A DNA stretch of 64,000 nt. Source: Bacteroidales bacterium. GTDB taxonomy: Bacteria > Bacteroidota > Bacteroidia > Bacteroidales > UBA3663. Shown piece after piece: positions 40,896-48,849 of this stretch. Where the stretch lies: contig JAFWRO010000007.1 of assembly GCA_017519885.1 (NCBI GenBank), positions 39,815 to 103,814 of the forward strand, given 5' to 3'. How positions within the stretch are numbered: the first letter of the stretch is position 1; every line of letters begins with the position of its first letter. A program made the position numbers and the translations under genes. The notes below the pieces were generated by a model. That model made no database searches and was not told where the DNA came from. It was given only the letters and a program-made list of their open reading frames with translations.

Positions 40896-41060
40896 TTACC
40901 AATCCTCATCTTCTTCGTCACCGAAGATCGGATTGCTCATTTTTCTTGCTTGGGCAGGCCGTCCATCGCCATTGCCATCGTATGAAATCGACTGGCAAAT
41001 GATCTGAATATTCGGGCACTGAACGATTACCAAATCAGGTGTTGCATATTCTTTTTTCAT
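40896..41060 (-). CDS. Small ORF (54 aa), translationally coupled to the upstream 504-aa gene
   Basis: Below the ORF-track cutoff. Hand translation gives MKKEYATPDLVIVQCPNIQIICQSISYDGNGDGRPAQARKMSNPIFGDEEDEDW. Its ATG overlaps the TGA of the 41057..42571 gene (ATGA). Confidence 0.45.
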   Translation of the reverse strand: MKKEYATPDLVIVQCPNIQIICQSISYDGNGDGRPAQARKMSNPIFGDEEDEDW

Positions 41061-42571
41061 CTCTTCATTACTTTTTTGCCGTTAATTATGTTGATTCCGC
41101 TCTCCATTTGTTGCTGTCTCTGGCCACTGACATTATAGATCACTTCTACACTACCGTCGGCCTTCTCTACGAACTGCAGGCCAGCTGCCTCTTCATCAAA
41201 ACTGATTGAGAAGCTGGGGGCCATACTGCCAGAACTATTCTGTGTTTCGAACCAGGCACGGAAAGTCCCCACAGCAAAGGCCTGATTGGCATAGTAGAAC
41301 TTGTCGCCAGAGATGTAGTAAATGTCAGACGCATTGGCTGCGGGGTCAAGTTCCTGGTCATAGTACGAGCCTTTAGCTGTCCAGCCATCAGCCTTGGTCG
41401 TTGCACTTACCACAAAATCCTTTGCTTTGTCAGCTTCAGTTACTGGAAAAATGGTATTTGCCACAGATGTCTTGAAAATGGCAGGAGTATTGGCCGACAA
41501 CGACTCTACGGGAGAGAATTTCATGACCCCTGCGGTCAAATCAACACTCGATAACCCATAGAGCTGCACGTCATCTGTCGTCTGTGTTGCGTATGGCAAG
41601 CAGATGGTTCCCCACTGGTAAGACGTGGAGCGAGAATATTCATCTTGAATCAAGTAGGTGGTAAATGGTGCAGCATGGTACTCAACGCCTTCGGTATCAG
41701 TAAGTACGACATTCTTGATAGTAATGCTGTGGGCACCAGGAGCAATCGCATTATCGTAGATGATGCCAAGAGTAGCAATTTCTGTATTTTCACCAATAGC
41801 GATGGTATTGGATGACCTACGCGCCACACTGACATGTATAGTCGTGCCATTAAGATCATCTGATGTGGAGAATTGTGTTCTTTTCAGCAGTGCTTCGATA
41901 TAATAGAGTTCATTAGTTATAAAGTCTGCTGGCAGCACGACATCAAATTCTACATTTGTCAGCGATGTTGCATTAGTAACAAGGAATGTGCCTTCTGCAT
42001 CCTCAGTCACAAGAAACGGCAGTATTTGCACCGAATAGCCTTCGTCGTATTGAGCACTGCCGACAGTCAATGTTGCCTCTACCTGAGTCACTCTGTAAGC
42101 TACAGCATCCGCATCACTAATTTCTATATTTTTGAAGATGATAGGATAATTTCCATCTGCTACATTTTCACCGATATTAAGTGTGATGGTACATACTTCA
42201 CCTGTTGATCCATCGAAAGTGTAACTATTTGTTGAGCTGCACATCACACGTACAGACCCATCGTCCTGAAGAGCACTGCTAAAGAAGTCGGTCTTCTTCG
42301 AAGTCGTGCGTTCTTCGCTGAGTGCGATGAGATAGAAGCCATCCTCGTCGGTAGCGACAGTAATACCTTCCGGCAGGACGATATCAAACTGGTATCCTGT
42401 TGCTTCGACCGTGTTGTTCATCTCCACGGATACTGTCACACTTGTACCGGCTTCGCCTGTAGTTGATACGGGGAACACGACGTTCTCAAACTGAGAGATG
42501 TCTGTGTCCTCTGCCTTGGCGATAAGGCCAAGGCAGAGACAAAGTGTTGATAGGAATAATTTCTTTTTCAT
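41057..42571 (-). CDS. T9SS-sorted surface protein with two cohesin-like modules
   Basis: 504 aa with a signal peptide. Two modules are paralogous to those in the 1703-aa protein (ERTTSKKTDFFSSALQDDGSVRVMCSS...NYPIIFKNIEISDADAVAYRV). The C-terminal tail is VIYNVSGQRQQQMESGINIINGKKVMKR. Confidence 0.7.
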   Translation of the reverse strand: MKKKLFLSTLCLCLGLIAKAEDTDISQFENVVFPVSTTGEAGTSVTVSVEMNNTVEATGYQFDIVLPEGITVATDEDGFYLIALSEERTTSKKTDFFSSALQDDGSVRVMCSSTNSYTFDGSTGEVCTITLNIGENVADGNYPIIFKNIEISDADAVAYRVTQVEATLTVGSAQYDEGYSVQILPFLVTEDAEGTFLVTNATSLTNVEFDVVLPADFITNELYYIEALLKRTQFSTSDDLNGTTIHVSVARRSSNTIAIGENTEIATLGIIYDNAIAPGAHSITIKNVVLTDTEGVEYHAAPFTTYLIQDEYSRSTSYQWGTICLPYATQTTDDVQLYGLSSVDLTAGVMKFSPVESLSANTPAIFKTSVANTIFPVTEADKAKDFVVSATTKADGWTAKGSYYDQELDPAANASDIYYISGDKFYYANQAFAVGTFRAWFETQNSSGSMAPSFSISFDEEAAGLQFVEKADGSVEVIYNVSGQRQQQMESGINIINGKKVMKR

Positions 42572-42581
42572 TACTTAATAA

Positions 42582-45500
42582 TTATTTTGATATTTTCTTG
42601 CCATTAATAATATAAATGCTTTTCTGCAAGCTTGAAGCATTGCCATCGTACCTTAACATTCTTCCAGTAAGATCATAGACTGTAGCATTGCTTCCGAATT
42701 CTTCAGTAAGTGTGGTTATACCTGTACTATTGCTGGAGATGTCAACATGGAGCGAACTCTCGTTCATAGCAAAGGTGGCGCCATTTGCTGAAAGTATGGC
42801 ATTCTCAATGTCAATAGTGTAGATGCCTTCGCTGTCTGCTGCCAGGGTTATAGCTATCACACCACTTTCAGAGGTTTCTCCAATGGTAGAAGCACAAAGC
42901 ACACGAAGAGTGTTGTCATTTACCATGCGGCTCATGAACAAGTCTGAAGCCTTTGTCTGTCCACTGACATCTTTCACAGTCAATCCCTCGGGAAGAATCA
43001 TATCAAACTGATAGCCTGAATATGCGTAAATGCCGTTAATGCTGACAGCAACAGTAAACTCCTTATCTATTGAAGCAACTACATCATTCGCTCCAATCGT
43101 TGCATATTTTGCAGCCACGTCATCATGTGCTTTTGCATGAGAAGCATTGGAAGAAACAGAGCCATAAAGAATAAGATTTGCTTCTCCTGTCAAGTCACTG
43201 ACACTTATCACGCCATCAACATTGACATCGGCAGCTTTCTCAACGAATGTGGCAGGCGGTGTACCCATGATGAAGTTGGCAATAGCTGTGAAGTCACTCA
43301 CGCCGATGCTACCATCATTGTTGGCATCGCCAAGCGTATAAGAGGAGATGGTCAGTGTTGTCTTAACGTAGCTGACACGGTATGCATTGGAATTGGCATC
43401 TGAGATCTCGATGTTCTTCAGAATGAGGGGATATGTTCCTTCTTCGATGTCGGGATCAATATCGACAATCAAATAAGCGACCTCGCCCTCATTGCCACTA
43501 AAGGTGTAGCTCTTTGTCGAACTGCACATGAAACGCAAGCCACCGTCAGATTGCAGAGCACTGTTGGAGTAGTCAGTCTTCTTCGACGTAGTTCGTTCTG
43601 TACTGATGTCTATCAAGTAGAAGCCATCCTCGTCCTGTGCAGCCGTCACTCCATCGGGCAGATAAACGTCGCATTGGAAACCTGTAGGTGCAATCGTGTT
43701 GTTCATCTTCAGCGAGAGACGCACTTGCTGTCCGGCTGCGGCTTCTGCTCCTTCGATATAGACAATATTATCATAGGCCAGGATGTCAGTATCTTCACCG
43801 GCAGTTACTTGCTTTGCCTTGAATGCAGCCACTGCATTGTTGATTTCGTTAGTGCAAGCTGTAATAGTCTCATCGTCCATTGTTGAGCTTATCTGTGCAC
43901 GGACGTTCCTGATTACTGCCAACAGAGCAGCGCGTGCTCCTACTTCATATTGTCCTATATTCTCGCCTTCTGTACTGTTGTCATATAGAGCTTGAGCCTC
44001 GTCAACGAGAGCCTGTAGTTCAGCAATGGCAGCATCATGGTTGGCAACGACTGTTACCTTGCAAGTAGCACTGATATTACTGCCGTCGGTAGAAGTGGCT
44101 GTGATAGTAGCGGTGCCCACACCGACAGCTGTCACTTCACCATCGGCAACAGTTGCCACAGCGTTGTTGCTTGTCGTCCAAGCGATTCGTTTGTTAGTGG
44201 CGCCAAGAGGCATCACGCTGGCAGTGATGGTGGCGCTGTTGCCCTGTGCAATGATCAGAGTATTGTTGTCGAGAGTAATCTCAGTGACGGGGTTGACATC
44301 TATTTCCCAAAGGAGATAGGGATAAGCTTCACCTTCCTCAATGGCCCATACAGAAGAATAGTCCCAGCCAAGGCCAATGTAAGTTTGGGCTGTCTGTAAT
44401 ACAGACTCCGTTTTGGCTATACCTTCCACCTTGTCATCAGTCTTCTTCTGTGCCACACCGTTCAGTGATACTTGCATGGTTGACAAAGCATAATTGCTGT
44501 CGTCCGGCTCGGGACAACCATTCTTGAAACCTCCGATGACACGGCTGCCCCATGAGCTCTGTGCGCTCAGAGACAGGATGTTGTTGGCTGCCACACTATT
44601 TGTCAATGCAGCCGTAGTTCCATCAAGCTGAGCGACTACACCTGCCCCGTATCTAACGCCGTAGATATCCCCCTTGGCATAACATTTGTCAATGGTGGAG
44701 AATGTATAAGCACAGATGCCGGCCGTGTAATAAGTTCCCGTCACCTTAGCGGTTGAGTAGCTGTTCACAATTGGGCTGTTAGCATAGCCAACAAGACCGG
44801 CGGTGTAGGAGTCGTCGCCTGAAGCGGTAATCTCACCTGTAGTGTAGCAGAGCGTTACATCTGCGTTGCTATACCCGATAGCACCACCGACGTAGTCATT
44901 GGCTCCTGTTGCAGTGAGGGCATTCTCAGCATGACTCTTGGTCAGTGTTCCATTGTTCGCCCGACCTATGAGGCCACCGACGAACGAGTCACTGCCTGTA
45001 GCAGATATCGTCGTGTAGGTATGAACGGCTGTGATGTTGTCGTCCTCTGAGAGTCCTGCGAAACCGCCGACGTATGCGCCCGTTGCACTTGTGGAGACAT
45101 TGCCCTCGTATGTGACTGCGTTGATGGTGTTATTGCCCGAGTAACCTGTAACGCCACCGACATGAGCGGTGCCCTCGACATCACCTTTCACAGTACAGTT
45201 GAGCAACTGACCATTAGCATTACGTCCGATAAGCACGCCTGTATAGTCTCCACCTTTCACTTTCTTGCCACTGGCCACTTCAACAGTAAGATTCTTGATG
45301 ATACCGGCCGAGAAATTGGAGAAGAGGCCCGTGTAGTCCTGCGTGGTGTTAATCCAAAGCCCACTAATCTTGTGTCCGTCGCCATTGATATAGGTAGCCT
45401 CACCGGAGTTGCGGCCGATGCTTATCCAACCCTCGGTCGGAGAGTTTTCGTTAATCCAAGAGGCAAGGTCGATGTCGTTCATCACCTTGTAATACCCCTT

Positions 45501-47693
45501 GTTGCTTGCGCCCTGAAGGTCTTCTGCCGTATAGATACGATATGGATCCGCCTCTGTACCACTGCCAGGATAGCCTACGGTGGTCGATGTTAGGTAAGAC
45601 GGAGTCATATCATCTACATCGGCATAGAGCTGAACAGGAGCACCCGACTGTAAAGCATCGGTCGTAAACGACCAGGCATGGCCGTTGCAAATGGTGCTGA
45701 CAGCCTCCCTATCCTTATAATAGAGATATACAGTACCGTCGTTGAGTGACGAACCACTAATTGCAGTTTCTTGACTCACAAGAGTTGACTCAATGACTGG
45801 TGGAGCAGCCTGATACTTCTTGTAAGGGAAGCATTCGGTCTCCAGAATATCCCAATTGTTGTCGAAATCCCAACCAAGAGCTACGTAGTTTGCCTTCAGT
45901 CGCAGGAGCGAAGGGCCCATAACGTTGCCATTTTGCAGATCATCAGTAATCTCCTGCACAACACCTTGAAGAATAACTTTGGTAGTAGTCAATGCTCGGT
46001 TGCCTTCGGCTGAAGCCAAAGCACCGATGTTTAAATAATCATTTTTAGTACCGTAAATTCGGCCAATGTTCTCTACAGTTGCCGAAATCGTATTATTGAT
46101 TGCGACATTCGACTTCAACGTCAGCTCTGAAGTGGAATATCCTTCACCATTGCCGATAATGCCGCCTATGTTGCTGTCGCCATATACAGTTGCATTCGTG
46201 TAACAGTTTTGAATCCTACCACACCACTTATAACCAGCGATGCCACCGACGTTACGTGTACCCTTGATGATGCCGGAATAGTAGCTATTGGTGTAGATAA
46301 GGGCTTTTACTCGGATGTTGGGAGACCATTCTGGCAGATATTGTTGTTGTCTCTGCCCTGTATAAGAGTCACCATACCAAAGATAGCAAAAGGCAGAATT
46401 ATACCAACCTACACCTATAGTAGCAGCCCCTCCGTTCCTCCAATCTGAGCATCCAAATGTTTTTTCGTCCCAGCCGACAAGACCTCCGATATAAGAGGAT
46501 CCGGTCATATTACCGATTGCGAGGCAATTGTTGATTGCAATCTCATCTGTTCCAGTGCAGAAATCAATCGTGGAAGCCGTTACATCCTTCGAATTGGTAT
46601 CACTGCTTGTACTAATATAAATATGTTCTGCATCAGAATTGCCGGCAAGGGTTGCTCCGATTAAACCGCCCACATAATTCACACCGTTGATGTCACCGAA
46701 GTGGCTACAACTTTCCATGCCTGAAATACATCCGCCTTTACTTAAGCCGACAACACCACCTGTATAATCACCCGTGTTCGTTATCTTGCCTTTTGAATGG
46801 CAGTTTGTAAATGATACTGAGATGCCCAAGTCGAGATTTCCTGCAATACCTGCTATATATGACGTGCCTGTCAAATCGCCAGTATATTTGCAATTTGTCA
46901 GGGAACTCGTTCCAGCAGAAATGTTTCCAACAATACCACCAGTCATTGAGGATCCCGTTATGCTTCCGTTAGCTACACAATCTGTGAGCGTCGTCGCCTG
47001 CATTGCTCCGACAATGCCGCCTACCTGTTGATCTGAGCCAATAACATTGCCGTTCATTGTACAGTTGCTTACTGCACACGCATCTAAGAGACCAGCAATT
47101 CCTCCAGTATAAGAAGGACAGGTTACATCACCAGTATAGGAGCAGTTTGTCATGGTGGAATTATCGCAATGACCTGCTATGGCACCAGCAGAACCATCAG
47201 AAGCAACAAGCATTGACGAACCAGTTAACTCAGCGGAACAGTTGCTGATTGTGGAGTTAATGGCATTGCCAACGAGCACACCGACATATAGATTGCCAAT
47301 GACATCTGTTCCTTGAACAGTAAAATCCTGAATAGTAGCTCCATCAATATATCCGAAGAATCCAACATTGTCGATTGTGCTTTTGTTGATGCTCAATCCA
47401 CTAATCGTGTGATTATTGCCCAAAAACTTTCCTTTAAAGCGAGAAGTTTCGACACCGACGGGTGTCCAGCCTTCTGAGGGAAAGTTTTCTGCAATGAACT
47501 TCGTCAGGTCGAGGTCTTTCATCAATTTGAACACTACTCCCTCTTGATTGAGGAAGTTTGACATCTGATACAACTGTGTCTCATTATAGATGAGATACGG
47601 ATCGTTCTCAGTTCCATTACCGGAACCGGTATACTGTGCTGATGCCCAAATTGAGCTGAGCATACATGCTAAAAGTAGAAGATAACGCTTCAT
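42582..47693 (-). CDS. Giant T9SS-sorted surface protein: two GLUG-repeat beta-helix regions, Big_2 Ig-like domain, cohesin-like module, dockerin, cohesin-like module, C-terminal sorting domain
   Basis: 1703 aa with signal peptide MKRYLLLLACMLSSIWASAQ. It carries many GG(I/L/V)(A/V)G GLUG motifs and a Big_2 block (ITLDNNTLIIAQGNSATITASVMP...ISATCKVTV). The canonical dockerin has two loops, DANNDGSIGVSD and DVNVDGVISVSD. The T9SS tail is VYDLTGRMLRYDG...IYIINGKKISK. Confidence 0.85.
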   Translation of the reverse strand: MKRYLLLLACMLSSIWASAQYTGSGNGTENDPYLIYNETQLYQMSNFLNQEGVVFKLMKDLDLTKFIAENFPSEGWTPVGVETSRFKGKFLGNNHTISGLSINKSTIDNVGFFGYIDGATIQDFTVQGTDVIGNLYVGVLVGNAINSTISNCSAELTGSSMLVASDGSAGAIAGHCDNSTMTNCSYTGDVTCPSYTGGIAGLLDACAVSNCTMNGNVIGSDQQVGGIVGAMQATTLTDCVANGSITGSSMTGGIVGNISAGTSSLTNCKYTGDLTGTSYIAGIAGNLDLGISVSFTNCHSKGKITNTGDYTGGVVGLSKGGCISGMESCSHFGDINGVNYVGGLIGATLAGNSDAEHIYISTSSDTNSKDVTASTIDFCTGTDEIAINNCLAIGNMTGSSYIGGLVGWDEKTFGCSDWRNGGAATIGVGWYNSAFCYLWYGDSYTGQRQQQYLPEWSPNIRVKALIYTNSYYSGIIKGTRNVGGIAGYKWCGRIQNCYTNATVYGDSNIGGIIGNGEGYSTSELTLKSNVAINNTISATVENIGRIYGTKNDYLNIGALASAEGNRALTTTKVILQGVVQEITDDLQNGNVMGPSLLRLKANYVALGWDFDNNWDILETECFPYKKYQAAPPVIESTLVSQETAISGSSLNDGTVYLYYKDREAVSTICNGHAWSFTTDALQSGAPVQLYADVDDMTPSYLTSTTVGYPGSGTEADPYRIYTAEDLQGASNKGYYKVMNDIDLASWINENSPTEGWISIGRNSGEATYINGDGHKISGLWINTTQDYTGLFSNFSAGIIKNLTVEVASGKKVKGGDYTGVLIGRNANGQLLNCTVKGDVEGTAHVGGVTGYSGNNTINAVTYEGNVSTSATGAYVGGFAGLSEDDNITAVHTYTTISATGSDSFVGGLIGRANNGTLTKSHAENALTATGANDYVGGAIGYSNADVTLCYTTGEITASGDDSYTAGLVGYANSPIVNSYSTAKVTGTYYTAGICAYTFSTIDKCYAKGDIYGVRYGAGVVAQLDGTTAALTNSVAANNILSLSAQSSWGSRVIGGFKNGCPEPDDSNYALSTMQVSLNGVAQKKTDDKVEGIAKTESVLQTAQTYIGLGWDYSSVWAIEEGEAYPYLLWEIDVNPVTEITLDNNTLIIAQGNSATITASVMPLGATNKRIAWTTSNNAVATVADGEVTAVGVGTATITATSTDGSNISATCKVTVVANHDAAIAELQALVDEAQALYDNSTEGENIGQYEVGARAALLAVIRNVRAQISSTMDDETITACTNEINNAVAAFKAKQVTAGEDTDILAYDNIVYIEGAEAAAGQQVRLSLKMNNTIAPTGFQCDVYLPDGVTAAQDEDGFYLIDISTERTTSKKTDYSNSALQSDGGLRFMCSSTKSYTFSGNEGEVAYLIVDIDPDIEEGTYPLILKNIEISDANSNAYRVSYVKTTLTISSYTLGDANNDGSIGVSDFTAIANFIMGTPPATFVEKAADVNVDGVISVSDLTGEANLILYGSVSSNASHAKAHDDVAAKYATIGANDVVASIDKEFTVAVSINGIYAYSGYQFDMILPEGLTVKDVSGQTKASDLFMSRMVNDNTLRVLCASTIGETSESGVIAITLAADSEGIYTIDIENAILSANGATFAMNESSLHVDISSNSTGITTLTEEFGSNATVYDLTGRMLRYDGNASSLQKSIYIINGKKISK

Positions 47694-47757
47694 AATTTTT
47701 TGGTTTGAATGTTTATATATATAAGACTATCTTTGTCCAAATCATGCGAACTTAATA

Positions 47758-48303
47758 TTATAGTGAATTCTTCGTAAGGATAAACATATACATATTCTCA
47801 ACGTTCTTGTATTTTTCAAAATACTTGCATAGCTCCGCTTGCTTAGACTTATCCTCAAGTAATGCTACTACAAAAAAAGCACAATGATTATAGTTGTCAT
47901 TTAAGATTGAATCTGCTTTCTTTAAATCTTTTTCAATAGTTGCTATGCTATCTTTTTCACGATAGTATTTTAACTCCATCGCAACAGAATCTCCATAATA
48001 TATAAATTCTTTGTGGTGTATGTCTCCTTTTTGCAAATCAGCATTCTTCATGACTAATATATCCACCTGATAGTCGCGCTTATTTTCTTTTGACAAACAC
48101 TCTGAAGGATATGGATAATGGGAAATCTGATTATGAACAGAGAAAGGATTCTCTTTTTGCATACATAAACATCTATCAATCTCATTTGATAGGTGTCTTT
48201 CTAAGTCAGCCTCAGTCAGGATAATTTCAGGATTAACTTTAATTCTGTTTGCACATGCATCGATAGCCACTTTTATGGCATTAATAAGTTCATTGAATTC
48301 CAT
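47758..48303 (-). CDS. Hypothetical protein with a PD-(D/E)xK nuclease-like motif, in a visibly AT-rich gene
   Basis: ORF 47758..48366; the likely start is MEFNELINAIK at 48303. It has YQVDILVM...(about 25 aa)...VAMELKYY, the spacing and pattern of D...(D/E)xK. No signal peptide. Confidence 0.45.
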   Translation of the reverse strand: MEFNELINAIKVAIDACANRIKVNPEIILTEADLERHLSNEIDRCLCMQKENPFSVHNQISHYPYPSECLSKENKRDYQVDILVMKNADLQKGDIHHKEFIYYGDSVAMELKYYREKDSIATIEKDLKKADSILNDNYNHCAFFVVALLEDKSKQAELCKYFEKYKNVENMYMFILTKNSL

Positions 48304-48370
48304 AGATTCTTTAATTGTGTCTATAGAAGCCCAATATAGCAGTTGAACTACTGTTTGTACTGACACAACG

Positions 48371-48539
48371 AAAAAACGCAGGCTTCCACTTCAACTCGTC
48401 AGCTCTTGAGGCCCTGAGAATTGCCCTTGTGTGTTGACGAGTAGAGTGTCTGCCTGCGCTAGTATGTATGTGCCTCCGGGGAAAAGTGTGTAGGAGGATA
48501 AAAGATACCCTCACTGCACACCCCGGCACACCGATATAA
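48371..48539 (-). ncRNA. Candidate structured RNA or leader: about 70-nt extended hairpin plus about 82-nt nested hairpin ending in U6
   Basis: Hairpin 1 (48470-48539) has stems GTGCC..GGGG/CCCCGGCAC, GTGTG/CACAC and GAGG/CCTC. Hairpin 2 has an outer stem CGCAGGC (48377-83)/GCCTGCG (48452-58) and an inner stem ACTCGTCA/TGACGAGT. On the minus strand it is followed by TTTTTT (48376-71). A -7 box TATCTTTG lies at 48705-48712 (minus). Confidence 0.35.
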
Positions 48540-48849
48540 GCATACCAGTAGCATTCACTTCTGACATTGCCATTGACACACAAATTGAAATTTCTCAGGT
48601 TTCAAGAAGCCAATAGACAAAGCATCGATGACGCTTTTACATTATGTAGTGCCTTTGCCAATGATATAGACATATAGCCTATATACAATTAACATTGACG
48701 GCTCCAAAGATACAAAAATAATCAATTAATTAATCAAAAAAGGTTAAAAACTGAGAATCGAGGCATATATACTTCACATTTCGTTAAAAAATGACAAATC
48801 GAGATATCTTTTATAGTCCGTTTGGCGAACCGCATGAATGTATAAAAAT

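Noticed and set aside
47728-47735. Plus-strand TATCTTTG box between two minus-strand genes.
   Set aside because: It would drive transcription antisense to the orphan nuclease-like gene, and there is no plus-strand ORF. It is noted only as a possible antisense promoter.
48394-48442. Hammerhead-ribozyme-like CUGACGAG string on the minus strand.
   Set aside because: No matching GAAA box, stem II or cleavage-site arrangement could be built around it. The string simply forms one arm of an 8-bp stem.
48311-48583. 90-aa ORF (C/R/H-rich) in the spacer upstream of the orphan gene.
   Set aside because: The composition is implausible for a protein, and the ORF coincides with strongly paired hairpins. 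It was interpreted as non-coding.
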